64,000 bases of DNA from Octopus vulgaris (Eukaryota). Location of the stretch: contig OX597814.1 in assembly GCA_951406725.2 (NCBI GenBank), positions 101,308,001-101,372,000 of the forward strand. The letters are read 5' to 3'. The number at the start of each line of letters is the position of its first letter. Position 1 is the stretch's first letter. Made by a program: the position numbers and the translations under genes. Below the pieces are notes generated by a model. The model searched no databases and had not been told where the DNA came from. It saw only the letters and a program-made list of their open reading frames with translations. Shown here piece after piece: positions 13,020 through 26,730 of this stretch.

Positions 13020-13510
13020 TTATTCTTTTACTAATTTCAGTCATTTGACTGCGGCCATGCTGGTGCACCGCCTTTAGTCGAATCAAATCGACCCCAGGAC
13101 TTATTCTTTGTAAGCCTAGTACTTATTCTATCGGTTATAGGCGCGGGCATGGCTGTGTTGTTAAGGAGTTTTCTTCCTTGCTACATGGTTTCGGGTTCAG
13201 TCCCACTGCGTGGCACTTTGGGCAGGTGTCTTCTGCTATAGCCCCGAGTCGAACGAAGCTTTGTGATTGAATTCGGGAGGCGGAAATTACTGCCGTGTAT
13301 GTATATGTGCGTGTGGGTGCTTGTGCGTCTCCGAAAGAAAGAGAGGGAAAAACTACCTCGCTTGGCAACAGGTGGGGGTTGGCGTCAGGAAGGGCATCCG
13401 ACCGTAGAAAGCTTGCCACACGCTTAGCGCTGCGTATATGTGCATACATTTTTTTAAAAAATAATGGCGGTGCCCCAGCATGGCCACAGCTCGTGAGATG
13501 AAACTAGATA
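13020..13510. mobile_element. Two CORE-like SINE pieces: minus 3' part (13020-13135) and plus copy (13140-13510)
   Basis: GACTGCGGCCATGCTGG.. (reverse of the SINE tail), then GGCGCGGGCATGGCTGTG..GGTTCAGTCCC..TTGGGCAGGT. Confidence 0.8.
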
Positions 13511-13604
13511 AAATAAAAAAAAAATTTAAATATATATATATACATATATATACATATACACATACATATATACATACACACGCACACACACACTCACGCA
13601 CACA

Positions 13605-13905
13605 TATTGTCGTGTAAATCATGCAAAAATGAAAATAACAGATCTCATTTTAATAGACATATTTAATAAAATTGCCTAAAAATGTTTTGAAATACTAAAG
13701 AGTAAATTCAATAAAATCACCATTGGCTTCAACCATAGCCTCCAGACGACTTCGGAATCTCCTGCAACTCTTCTGGGCGGTCACCTTGTTGAAGTTAGTG
13801 AATGCTGCCATAATCCTTACCTCCAGTTCATCTTTGATGTAACAAGGAGTTTGTTGGTCTCTCCGCCCAACATATAATAATCAAGTGGGTTGCAGTTTGG
13901 GTGTG
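13605..13905 (-). mobile_element. Tc1/mariner transposase 3' fragment
   Basis: Minus strand: PNCNPLDYY (SPDLNP-like motif), then KDELEVRIMAAFTNFNKVTAQKSCRRFRSRLEAMVEANGDFIE. Confidence 0.8.
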
Positions 13906-14588
13906 TAATACAAGGTTTGTAAATTATGTCATATAATTTACACAGTGAAAACGTTATCTGATAGAGAATAGAGAACTGCAAACGTTCGGCAGAGGGGAAT
14001 AAGTCGGTTTATAATGAAAATTTGACGGTCGATTATGAGCTTCGGAAGAGACGAGCCCGGAGCGGAAGTCGAAGTAGACTCAACTTTGAATATAATGCAT
14101 TTGTGTGCAAGTAAATGTTCGTGTGTGTGTACGTCCTCATATGCGAATATATTGAATATTATATGTATGTATATATATATATATATATCTATGTTGGTAT
14201 GTATGTATGTATATAAATGTTTGTATGCATGTTTGTATGTATGCATGTATGCTTGTATATATGAACATTTGTATGTGTATATGTATGTATGTATGCATGA
14301 ATGTATGTTTGTATGTATAGATTTATGTATATATATATATATATATGTTTGTATGTGTGTATATATGTATGTTTGTAAGTATGTATGTATGTCTATTTGT
14401 ATGTGTTTGTATGTGTGTATTTATGTACGTATGTATATATGTATGTTTGCAGTATGTATGTATGTATGTATGTATGTATGTATGTATGTATGTATATGAA
14501 CACTCAAACGTTTTCATGTCTCACAAATATATAAATACAAAACACGTGCCAGATAACCGACCACTTAGCTTCCAATTAACTTAATAAC

Positions 14589-14619
<31 letters not shown>

Positions 14620-15427
14620 AAACACACACAAACACACATGCATTCATGCATACGCACACACAAATGCACGTATTCTTCAGCCCTCTGCAAGTTTTAAAAT
14701 TAAAATTAAAAGTCAAAAACAGAACCAAATAAAGCAAAAAACAAAACAAAAAAGAAAAAAGAAAAAAAGAAAAGAACAATAAAATAAAACACTAACATAT
14801 CATCATTGCCACCATCTTTCTTCCGTTCTCGGCAATCATAATCATATGCCCCGTTACTCCTCTCTTCCTTTTGATGACATCTTCATTACAGATTATCACT
14901 CCATCATCTCTTCTGTCTTTTGATGATGTCAGCATTAGCACTAACACCGTGATACTTCCTTCGCTTATACCTCCACGGCTCGTTATCGCTTTCGACCGTG
15001 ATAACATCTTCAGATTTCTCTGCCGGTTATTATTAACTTACGTATTTATCTATTTGTATATTTGCTCGCTTATATATTTGTTTATTCATTTAACTAATAA
15101 TTTGTCAGGCTCTTTTTCCCGTTTTCTATTTCTTTTATGTATTTTTTTCTTTTTTTTTGTTCCGATTTTTTTTGTTGTTTTCTTTTATTTCAATATACTT
15201 TATTTCCTCCTTTGTTTAGCATTTGGTTTTTATTTATTTACACGATGACATTACTTGAATTGTATTGTACATTGTTGTTCTTATTGTTGTTGCTTTTCTT
15301 TTTCATTATTGCGGCTGCTGGTGTTGCTGGTAATTTCATTTTTATTTGGTATACATAAGTGTGTATACACACACGCACACAAACATATGTGTGTGTGCGC
15401 GCACGTGTGTACGTGTGTGTGTGTATC

Positions 15428-15477
<50 letters not shown>

Positions 15478-15685
15478 CACACACACACACATATATATAT
15501 ATATTCATCCATTTATCTATCAATCTCTCCCCCCTCTCTCTCTCGCTCTCTCTCGCTCTATACATATATATATACATATATATATACATATACATACATA
15601 TATATATATATTTATATATATATATATGTATATATATGTATATATATATATATATATATATGCACGCACGATGAGAACAAGTATA

Positions 15686-15755
<70 letters not shown>

Positions 15756-16483
15756 ATGAACGTACTACGTATGTATGTTTGTATGTATGTATGCATGTAT
15801 GTATGCGTGTATTACGTTTATTAATTCCTGCGGTTACTCTCTGTCCAGCTGCTTATTGAGATCGTTGCACTGGTGTTGCTGCAGATGAGGATGAGGATGA
15901 TGATGATGACGATGGCGATGACGACGACGACAACGATGATGATGGTGATGAAATGCTTGGGTTTATATCGTCATCGTTTCCTCATTGTCATTATGGTTGT
16001 GTTGTCTTGCGCCGTTATAATATTGTTCCTTGTAATCTTATCGTTCTGTGGCGAGTATACTATTTGTTTTGTCACCGCTGTTGTTTTAACGGTGTTGTTC
16101 TTGTTGTTATTGTTGCTTCTTTGTTTGTAGTGATATAGCCTTTGTGTCATTCACTCTGTTCTGTTGCCGCTGTTCAGCTATGTAACTTTTAAGTAATACT
16201 GCGGGGTAATATTTAGTCAGTCGTGTCACTAATTAAACAACTTCGACTTCGAAACTTTTAATTAATGCACTAGAAATTAAAAGAAAAAAAATATGCATAT
16301 AAACACACACGCACACACACATACACATATACGTTCACATGGATGCACATTCAGATAATAAACACGCGCTTGTTTGCATAAAAGCGTGCATGTAAGAAAG
16401 CCCTAACGTCGTAACTTCAACGATGCACGTACGTATGATGCACATCAGCTTATGTAAGCACTTATAGTAGTAGTAGCAGTAGC

Positions 16484-16542
<59 letters not shown>

Positions 16543-16603
16543 CAGCAGCAGCAGCAGAAACAGCAGCAGAAACAGCAGCAGTAGAAACAGCAGCAGCAGA
16601 GTG

Positions 16604-16760
16604 GAGGCGCAATGGCCCAATGGTTAGGGCAGCAGACTCGCGGTCGTAAGAATGCGGTTTCGATTCCCAGATCGGACATTGTGAGTGTTTATTGAGCAAA
16701 AACACCTAAGCTCTGCGATACTCCTGCGGGGATAGGCGGGTGAACCCCGCTGTACTCTTT
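16604..16760 (+). mobile_element. tRNA-derived SINE, third family (5' part)
   Basis: GAGGCGCAATGGCCCAATGGTTAGGGCAGC head with TTCGATTCCC B-box; homologous to 62492-62776. Confidence 0.8.
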
Positions 16761-17470
16761 CCATAGAGTAACCCACTATGGTGTGGTAAAACTTTCAGAC
16801 CCTAGTCTAGATTGCGAATCCTCTGTACCCCAGGATGGTTCAGCTCTCCACCCGTTAAAAGCCACCTTTTACGGAATGAGGATAACAACGTAGCTTTCGC
16901 ACCCGTGTAACCGCCAGTCTATCGCGTGTGGTGGGTGGATCTTCAAGTTGCCACACGCACTCTTAGTAGCTTAGAGTCGACTCCAATTAGAGATTATTCT
17001 TTGTGGCTAATGGCGTGAGTCCTGATGGGAAAAAGAAGAAGGAGAAGAAGAAGAAGAAGAAGAAGAAGAAGAAGAAGAAGAAGAAGAAGAAGAAGAAGAA
17101 GAAGAAGAAGAAGAAGAAACAGCAGCAGCAGAAGCCACCGTAGCAACAGTAGCAGCAGCAGCAACCGTAGTAGCTGCTGTTCTTGTTATTAACATAGCTG
17201 TTGTTGTTGATGATGGTGGTGGTGGTGGTGGTGGTGGTGGTGGTGGTGGTGGTGGTGGTGGTAGTGGTGGTGGTGGTGGTGGTGTTGGTGGTGGTGATGG
17301 TGGTGGTGGTGATGATGGTGGTGGTGGTGGTGGTGGTGATGATGATGATGATGATGCTGTCTACCCGCCAGGTTTACCTTAGTTTTAGCAGATCTAAGAC
17401 CAACGAAGTTTCACTTGTGACCATGCTGTATATTTTGATAACAAGGAATACATTGCCCAATACAGTATGA

Positions 17471-17561
17471 TTGAAGGTGATATATTGTGAATTTTATAGG
17501 AGATTTAACTGTGTTTTGAAGGTGATATATTGTGAATTTTATAGGAGATTTAACTGTGTTT
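17471..17561. repeat. 45-bp tandem duplication
   Basis: TTGAAGGTGATATATTGTGAATTTTATAGGAGATTTAACTGTGTT x2. Confidence 0.9.
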
Positions 17562-17639
17562 TTTTCCCCGTCAGATCGGGCGGCGTCACTCTATCGCGTA
17601 TATATATGCTACTATATATATGCTTATGTGTTGTGTTAT

Positions 17640-17935
17640 GTCATGTTAAATAAGTACCAGTTACGCACTTGGGTAGATATAATCGACTTAACCCGTTTGT
17701 CTGACCTTGTTTGTCCTCTCTGTGTTTAGCTCCTTGTGGGTAGTAATGAAATAGGTATTTCGTCTGCCGTTAAGTTCTGGTTTCAAATTCCGCCGAGGTC
17801 GACTTTGCCTTTTATCTTTTCGGGGTCGATAAATTAAGTACCAGTTATGAACTGGTTCGATGTAATTGACTTAATCCCTTTGTCTGTCCTTGTTTTCCCC
17901 CTCTATGTTTAGCCCCTTGTAGGCAATAAAGAAAA
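17640..17935 (+). mobile_element. MetaSINE-like SINE, internal dimer fragment
   Basis: Two modules containing TAAGTACCAGTTA and GGTCGACTTTGCCTTT..CGGGGTCGATAAA. Confidence 0.8.
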
Positions 17936-19231
17936 AAAAAAGGAAACCCGTCAAGACAAGAACAAGATGGGTCGAAAAGTCGGATGAGCCTAACGTAGGT
18001 TCAACGACAATCTAACAACAGTGAGGAAACTGAGAAATTCTGGAGATTAATGTCCAGCGTGCTATAAAACTTGTGGGAGTAACACACATCTTATATTTTA
18101 TGTCAAAGCACATCATTAGACGAAGATTACTCTCTTCTACACCTACATATGTGGTATAATGATGTGGACGGTCTTGGCTCGCTAACCTTGGAAAGCAGCA
18201 AGACTTAAAGAAAGCTAACTCCGAGCTTACGCCTGCATTACTTAAGAATACCTGTGACAAGGCGAAGGTTAAAAGAGACAACATTGGTAATAAATCAGTA
18301 ACTCATCGTCCCTATTCACAGCTAAGAAAACGTGAAGACACAACCACAAGGTAGTAGCAGTTGTGTCTATGCTCCCCGCCCGGATCTCGGCCAGGACGAT
18401 GAGTATATCCATTCATTCATATATTATAACCCTATGTCACGTACAGCTCTGTAGACAGAACACTTATTACAATTCAAAGTGGCCGTTCGACTTGCTAGTG
18501 GAAAATAGCGACTAAATCTTCTTTAAATCATACATAGCAATTTTAAGTATGGAATAGCACATAAATGTAGTTGTAAATACATGTAAAATGACGGGGTTAT
18601 CGCAACTAGAATATCATCCATCATTGATATCCTGTCAGAATTGCCAGAACTACACTAGTATAACAAAGACTACCACACGCCATCTTTATTTATTTGCTTT
18701 TTTTGTTTGTTTTTTTTCCTTTTTGTTTTTGTTTTTGGTTTTTGTTGCTTTTTTTAGTCATTCAAATATTAATTATTCCAATGACAAAAAGTTTGCCTAA
18801 TATCATCGAATTCAGTGTAAATATAAATAGTTTCCTGAAACGAAAATAATTCATTCAGAAAAGGCTTCGGATAGTAGGGGTCACAGTTTCTTTCTTTATG
18901 GTTAACACAGAAGATTTCTTGCATTACTTTATTATAAGTGCTATGCACAGTCTAAAGTCTAACTTGACATATTCATCCCGGTGCTAAGATTTGTGCTGAT
19001 GCTATGAATTGTAGAGCAGTTGTAGAGTGTTGCTCATGATAAATTAGTTCTGGCTTTATGTTTGTAATATTATCAAACAGTTTCCTTCTGTAACCCTATT
19101 TTATTTTATTTCAGTTCAACTTCAAGGAAATAGGGAATCAGATAGAAAGATTGAGACACCAATAGATAGATAAATAGATTAAGTTTACAACATCAGTGTG
19201 GTCAACACACTCGGCTCATTGACGCACCGTA

Positions 19232-19272
19232 TTCTGGGACACTGATGTTTCGACATGTGTTGTCAACCAGAA
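19232..19272 (-). ncRNA. Degenerate hammerhead-like motif in a diverged ~292-bp direct repeat
   Basis: Minus strand: UUCUGG-UUGACAA-CACAUGUC-GAAA-CA-UCAG-UG-UC-CCAGAA; perfect 6-bp stem I and paired stem III but two core mismatches; a partial second copy lies near 19525. Confidence 0.35.
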
Positions 19273-19709
19273 ACGAATCTGTTGGGTTTGTTTATAATTT
19301 CAGCGAGCAAATCGTTTGCTGATTGGTATTTATACATGCCAAACTATAAAAATTCGTTATTTGCACCATGTATTGCGAGTTCTGGAACGGTTATTTGCAT
19401 AGTTATTTGCATATTTGAGACGCAAAATATACTGGTCGCTGTTATTTATATCATAGAGGAGTAATTTCTCCATTTTACGACGAGAGAGTGTTCAATACAC
19501 TCGGCTGCTGAAAAGCGATATATTGGGACTCCGATGTTTCGATTGGCTGTGCACATGTATATACCTTCATACGCATACATGCATACATAGTACAAACACA
19601 TGCATAAATGGATACAAATAAGTGCTTATGTGCGTGCGTGTGTATGTGTTTTTGCGTGCGAACTGGAAAAAGTAAATGGTTTCATATATTTTAGGTAGTT
19701 TGATGCAAA

Positions 19710-20190
19710 TAAGAAGAACACTAAAAGTCGCACTGTTAAAACACGGTCAGCTCTGTCTATGATGGACAACATTTGGAAATCAAATCTAAACAGAGAGTTT
19801 AAGATCGGCTTCTTTCGAGCAACAATAGAACCGAGTTCTCATACGGCTGCACTGCATGGACTCTAAGACTCTGGAAAGAAAACCAGATGGAAGATACACA
19901 AGACTTCTGAGAGCAGCACATAACATCAAACAGTTGTCCTAGAAAAGAAACCAGATTCTTTATGGTAATCCTCCGAGAATTACCTTCACCATAAAGGAAG
20001 AAAGACAGATTCTGTTGATACTGCTTTTGTAGCGAAGATGAATAGTGAATTAAATGCTGATATGAGAAACAACACAAGGAAAACGACCCTAAGAATTATC
20101 CGGCCAGGAAACGTATTGAGCAGTAGTTTGAAGATTCTGGTTTAATGAAGAGCAATCTACCAAGAGCAATGCTGGAAGGGGAATACTATA
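19710..20190 (+). mobile_element. RTE-clade LINE 3' fragment
   Basis: MDNIWKSNLNREFKIGFFRATIE, YGCTAWTL, DGRYTRLLRAAHNI motifs; frameshifted. Confidence 0.7.
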
Positions 20191-21236
20191 GATAACTGTT
20201 TGATGCTGCTTGTCGCTATTTACGCGATGATGTTGATGATGTGTGCGTGAGTGAGTGAGAGAAAGGGAGAGAAATAGAAGGAGAGAGAGAGAGACGGTTT
20301 CTCATAGGCTGTTGGTCAAATAGAGTTGAAGATAAATGCCCAAACAAACATGCAGCATGGACGAAAACGAAACCATATGATTGTGACGAAAAATGCTTTT
20401 GAAGAAAATAGATTAACTTATAGAATTTTAATTTAGAATATAGGGAGAGTCAAACATAAATAATAACCTCTATTTTGAATTAGTTAATCGATTCGGCCAA
20501 GGAGGAAAAGAAAGTCTCAAACAAAAAGAATTTTAAGCGCATTGTGACCAGCGGTTTATAAAACTAACCAATAGTTTTGTTGACAAAGGAAGTTTCAAAT
20601 GATATGCCAATTATAATCTTTTCTACTATAGCCACAAGGTCAGATGTTCCAATTATAATGTCAAGATAACATTGGTTAAAAAGACAACTGTCTGCTCCGT
20701 TCAATTTACCTCCCTATCTGAAATCTAGTTATTTAAAAGTGGCCGCAGTTTCTAACAACAACATCTCTAAACTACTGCATCTGTAGTATACATGACAGAT
20801 ATTGTATGCCACAATATCTTCAAACAATCAAGCGTAAATATTTCACTGGCATTACAAATACTATAAATCTTTAAACATCTCTTTCTTTTTAAACAAGATC
20901 AACATCATCAGCAATAAGAAAATGAAACTATAGATCAACATCAGCATTGAAAACAAAAATAAAATATGAAATCACTAGATAGAGTGGAACGATAAATTGC
21001 CAAACAGAGAATCAGCTCGCTTTGAAAATTCAAAAGAGTTAATACTGATCTCCCACATAAAAAAGAAGAGCATAAGTTTTGTGGAAACACATCGTTATTC
21101 ATACGAAAATTAGTATCTAACTAATTTTTCCTAGGTATGATTTGAAACTGCATCCTGTGGTGGGAATCTAGTTCGGGTGATCAGAGTTTTGAGGAATGTA
21201 GAACCAACTCTTAGCTATTATTGTTACTAGGTTAAG

Positions 21237-21845
21237 ACGGCAGCTGCCAGAAACGTTAGCACGCCGGGCGAAATGCGTAGCCGTATTTCGTCTGCCGCTA
21301 CGTTCTGAGTTCAAATTCCACCGAGGTCGACTTTGCCTTTCATCGTTTCGAGGTCGATTAAATAAGTACCAGTTACGCACTGGGGTCGATATAATCGACT
21401 TAATCCATTTGTCTGTCATGTTTTGTCCTCTCTGTTTAGCTCCATGTGGGTAGTAAAGAAAAAGGTATTTCGTTTGCCTTTATGTTCTGAGCTCAAATTC
21501 CGCCGTGGTCGACTTTGCCTTTCATCCTTTCAGGGTCGATAAATTAAGTACCAGTTACGGACTGGTGTCGATGTAATCGACCTAATCTCTTTGTCTGTCC
21601 TTGTTTACCCCTCTATGTTTAGTCCCTTATGGGCAATAATGAAATAAGAAACGTTAGCTCACCGCGCGAAATGCTTAGCGGTATTTCGTTTGCCTTTATG
21701 TTCTGAGTTCAAATTCCGCCGAGGTCGACTTTGCCTTTCATCCTTTCGGGGTCGATAAATTAAGTGCCATTGCGTACTGGAGTCGATCTAATCGACAGGA
21801 CCCCTCCCCCAAAATTTCGGGCCTTGTGCCTAGAATAGAAAAGAT
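21237..21845 (+). mobile_element. Composite (trimeric) MetaSINE-like tRNA SINE
   Basis: Head ACGGCAGCTGCCAGAAACGTTAGCACGCCGGGCGAAATG; three modules each with B-box GAGYTCAAATTCC and GCCTTTCATC(C/G)TTTC..GGTCGAT..AAGT. Confidence 0.9.
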
Positions 21846-22680
21846 TATTGTTCCAAGTTCAATCATGACCCGGAGTTGTAACACCTGTCAAGATTCTAGC
21901 TATGGGTAAACTAACATGTCACAGAATTGACTCCGGAAGGTCAATCACAGATACCCTAATGATCTCAGAGCAGATGAGCTCTTTTAACCCTTTAGCTGTT
22001 CGTCTAAGAGAAGGTAACTCTATACAAATCTTGCCTCCTTGTAACAACTGGATGTGTAGCACTTATTGCACAAACTATAATGATATTATTTATTGTGCAG
22101 GTTGTTCAGCAAAACCATGACACCAGCATGAACAACATCACACTTTTTCATGACTCGAGTACAGACGACGTAACAAATCATTAAACTAAGGTCACTGCCC
22201 AGCTGTGTCATGCCGAATACTCATTCGCGGAAGCGACGTGAGAGAAGGGTCCCGTAATTGATAACACTTTAGTTTATTGACCATTGTAGGAGGAAAGACA
22301 AATTCGACAATGGCGAGATTTGAACCTTGCGTTAAGTATCCACTTGCAGCTCATGTTAAGACTGATTCATCCGCTATTGATATGATAAAACAGTGATAAA
22401 AAAAATCATTGGTGTTGCAATTAGTCAGCAAACTGAATCAAATCTGTTATGAGAGACAGGGACATAATAATTAGAAGTAGTAATCTGTGCATCATACTTA
22501 AGGTAGCTACATTGTTGAAAGCCATATTAACTGAGGTATTCGTTTCGAGAAAATATTTCTTATAGATGTATAGTGTTTAAGAATATGGAAATATATTAGT
22601 AGTAGAAGAGAATCTTTCAGCAGCAGTGGTTACATTAGTAAATACCTATGTGTGTGAGTATGAGTGGGTGTCTGAGTGTG

Positions 22681-22717
<37 letters not shown>

Positions 22718-22744
22718 GCGTGTGCGTTGGTGCGTATCGTCTTT

Positions 22745-22870
22745 TTCACACTCAATTCACTTTTCCTTTTGTACGATGCTGACTGAAATAGTTGAGAATG
22801 ATTTGTTCGGCTGGGTGGCCTTCCTGTCCTCAACCCTCTTTGTTTTCAAACAACATATTTCTGTCACGGC
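22745..22870 (-). mobile_element. SINE-associated repeat, homologous to 26340-26460
   Basis: CACTCARTTCACTTTTCCTT..TTCGGCTGG..CCTGTC..CAACCCTCTTTGTTTTC shared by both copies. Confidence 0.6.
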
Positions 22871-23334
22871 CGGGCATGTTTATGCTTGTGCGTGCGTGCA
22901 TACGTGTGTATGTGTGCGTGTACACGCATGCGTGTGATGCAAGAAATATAACAGTCGTTCTGCTGATAGTTGTTGTGGAAGGAGAATTGTAGGTGATAGC
23001 AATGTTGGTAATCATAATCATAGTACTGGTAATAATAATTTTAGTGGAGGTGGTGGTGGTGATGGTGGTGGTTGTCACAAGAATTATGCTGATAGTTATA
23101 ATGATGATGATAGCCGTAGTAGCTGCGTGATAGTGGTTGTACTTGTTGATATGATCATCTGTTGTGATGAAAGTTATGTATGTCAAAAGATAGAGTTTGA
23201 ACAGTAGCAATCCGTATGATTACATTGATCGACATCACAAGTACCTCGTACCTTTGGACATGATGAGATGGCGGCGGCGGTGGTGTTGTGCTAATGGTAG
23301 TGATAACATTGGTGATATTCATATTACTGATACT

Positions 23335-24115
23335 TCATGCCGGACAAAGTGCTCAGCGGCATTTGTTTCAGATGCTCAGCGTCTTTGCTTCAGATTGGTT
23401 TTGTCATTCATCTTTCCGGGGGTCAATAAAATAAGTACCAGTTGAACACTGGGGCCGATGTAACCAACTTATCATCCACCTCTCCCAAAATTACTGACCC
23501 AAAATTTGAAATCAATATTACTACTGCTTCGGGCCCGGCAAAATGCTTAGCGGCATTTCATCCGTCTTTACGTTCCGAGTTTAAATTCTGAGGAGGTGGA
23601 CTTTGCCTTTCGATCTTTCAGAATCGATAAAATACTTACCAGTTGAACATTGGGGTCGATGTGATCAACTTATCCCCTCTCCCAAAATTGCTAAAGTTGT
23701 GTCAAAATTAGAAATCACTATTACTCCTACTTCATGCCGGACAAAAGGCTTAGCAGTATTTCAGCTTTGCCTTTCCTCTTTCTAGGGTCGATAAAATAAG
23801 TACCAGTTGAATACTGGGGTCGGTGTGATCAACTCATCTCCTCCTCTGAAATTGCTAACCTTGTTGTGCCAAAATTTTTAACTAATTTTAAACCGGCCTG
23901 AAGTATTGTTACTTCATGCCGGGCAAAATGCTTAGCGAGCGACATTACGTCCGTCTTTATTATTTCCTAAATCCATATGCCACCGAGATACACTTTGCTT
24001 TCATCCTTCGGGATCGATAAAATAATTACCAGTTATGCACTAGGGTCGCAGTAATCAACTTACCCCCTCCCCGAACTTGCTGGCCTTGTGCCAAACTGTG
24101 AAACCAATATTGCTA
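23335..24115 (+). mobile_element. Cluster of four older MetaSINE-like copies
   Basis: Repeated CCGGRCAAAATGCTTAGC..GTCGATAAAATAAGTACCAGTTG..CTCCCAAAATTGCT.. Confidence 0.75.
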
Positions 24116-25127
24116 CAATTTATGTTAGAGTAGGTGGTGACAATGAAATGCCGTGTATATCATCTCATTACACATACACACACGCATGCATACACGCGCA
24201 TACACACTCACATACACACACACATACATATGTATATTCCCATTTTCTTTTTATTTGTTTATTACTTCATTTTCTTCTATTTGTATCACTTTTGCAAAAC
24301 ACTAATTTATTTTTCCCTTGATAAATGAAACTCTTTATAAACATTAGAGACTTTTGTATAACTTTGCTTTAAACAAAGACGTAATTATTTAGTAATGATT
24401 TGTTGTTCTTGTGGTCGTTGCTGATATTGTTCTTCTTCTTCTTCATCTTCTTCTTCGTCTTCTTCCTAACATTTTGTTTATTTATTTAGTTATACATTTT
24501 CTCTCTTTTTATTTTTGTACTTTACTTCTTAATAAGCCTTGCGTCAATCAAATAGCAACGTTCAGGGAATGAAACTTAATTAACAATTATAAATAGCAAT
24601 TGATAATTTATTGCTGTTCAACTTTATTTCGTAAACAAAATGAAATATAAAAAACAAACAATAATGATAATTTTAAAAATAAGGGAAAAGGGTAGAAAAA
24701 TAAGTGATGACGTGTATTCAGAGCGTTCTCTACACTGAAGGTTAGGGGGTAGTTAAACCGAGCGACTGCTTTGTTGAGTGTGAAAAGGTATATGTGTGTA
24801 GGAGATACTGTTTAGAACTGTGGGAGAAAAAACTTAAATCACAGAATACTGATGTAAACCTTTCAATATTTCAAAATTTATATTTTCAATTGATAATGTG
24901 ACTGGGTGGTAATAAATAATATGAAGCCAATACGGAATTCCTGAATTCAAAAATCAACAAAAAATTTTAAAGGTATTTAGAATATGTCTGTGTAAGAGGA
25001 TAGAACGATAGCTAAGCTAAAAGTCTGTGTTATATATCCCCGTGTTTGATCCATAATTAGTAGAATTGAACACTCTGTAACCAAATGACTATCACTGTAC
25101 CCTCCTCTCTCTCTCTATCTATCTATC

Positions 25128-25190
<63 letters not shown>

Positions 25191-25531
25191 CTCCCGACAC
25201 ACACTTTATCTATCTATCTCTTTATCTTCCTCGCTTTCTCTATCTATCTATCTATCTATCTATCTGTATCCACCTCTATCTGTCTATCTCCCTCTGTTTA
25301 TCTATCTGTATCTATCTCTATCTGTCTATCAAACATACATACACACACACGCACCTACACACACACATTATACTTTTAAAAGAAGACCTGAGACAGTAGC
25401 GTCGACGTTTCTGACATTATCATGAACACTTCTGGGCCGAAACCTTGAAATCTCTCTCACCACGCATCTTACAATAGATATGTTCTCTACAAAAACATTG
25501 GGTAAGTTGTCGGGTAAATGACAAATTGTTC

Positions 25532-25661
<130 letters not shown>

Positions 25662-26339
25662 TCGACCTCGACAGAATTTGAACTCAGAACATTTGGCTGG
25701 CGATCTAATGATTCTGTGAGATCGCCGCCTAATATATATATATTGCTCCATCCCAATCGAATGGCTAAATTGCTTTTGAAAGAAATGGGAATAGCGTATC
25801 TCGGCTAATAATATGGAAATTAATAGATGAACAAGTTTCGTGTTACATAATTCCATGTTGCGGCAAAATTCGGGAAAAATTTTTTTCTGTAACACGAGCG
25901 ATACACTCACACATATACATATATAATTCTCAATTTAAGCTCCCTTATGAATGTTTTAAATTTATTTTCCCTTTGTGTTTTGCTTTTGCTACTATTTTGG
26001 AATCGATGAGCTCATATTACAGTTTCGTATTATTTGCCATAGTTCTATGTCCAATATCTAGGAGAACCTGTTTGATTCTAATATGTCGTTTGGTGGCAGA
26101 CGTGGCAAATGACCTCTGACGGGATTCTAATACAAAGCAAACATGAACATTTGCATTAGGCTTCTGTATAAATGTTTATCCAGAATCACGTTTTATTGTA
26201 CTCAATTTACAATTACAAATACAACTAGAACTACTATATGTATTTTTGTGTGTGTGTGAGTGAGTGTGTGTGAGTGAGTGTGTGTGTCTGTGTGTGCGTG
26301 TGTGTGTGTTTGTGTGCGCATGTGTGTGTGTCGTTGTTT

Positions 26340-26730
26340 CCACACTCAGTTCACTTTTCCTTCTGCAGGGTGCTGACTGAATTCGTTGAGAGAGATTTTA
26401 TTCGGCTGGATGTCACTCCTGTCGCCAACCCTCTTTGTTTTCGAACAACATATTTCCTCCACGACCGGATATGTTTTCATAGAAGAATGGAAAATTGGAA
26501 AGAAATGACACTGCTTGTATGACGACAAACTCACAGCAATCATGGTTTATTCACGCGATGCCCGACCAGTGTGGCACAAACATACATACATGTGTGTATG
26601 TTTCTATTTTCAAGGCAGGAATTACAACCGTATTTGGGTCGGAGTTTCAGTAGAAGATGCAAGGTGCCAAGTAGTAAGACTGAACCCGAATCTACGTGGT
26701 TAGGAAGCAAACTTCTCGATCACACAGTCA
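26340..26730 (-). mobile_element. Decayed CORE-like SINE
   Basis: Reverse of the SINE head (CTGAACCCGAATCTACGTGGTTAGGAAGCAAACTTCT..CACACAGTCATG) plus the body shared with 22745-22870. Confidence 0.6.

Noticed and set aside
21850-22050. RTE 5' region with HDV-like ribozyme
   Set aside because: Only a short GTCTAAGAGAAGGTAACTCT resemblance; the nested double pseudoknot could not be built.
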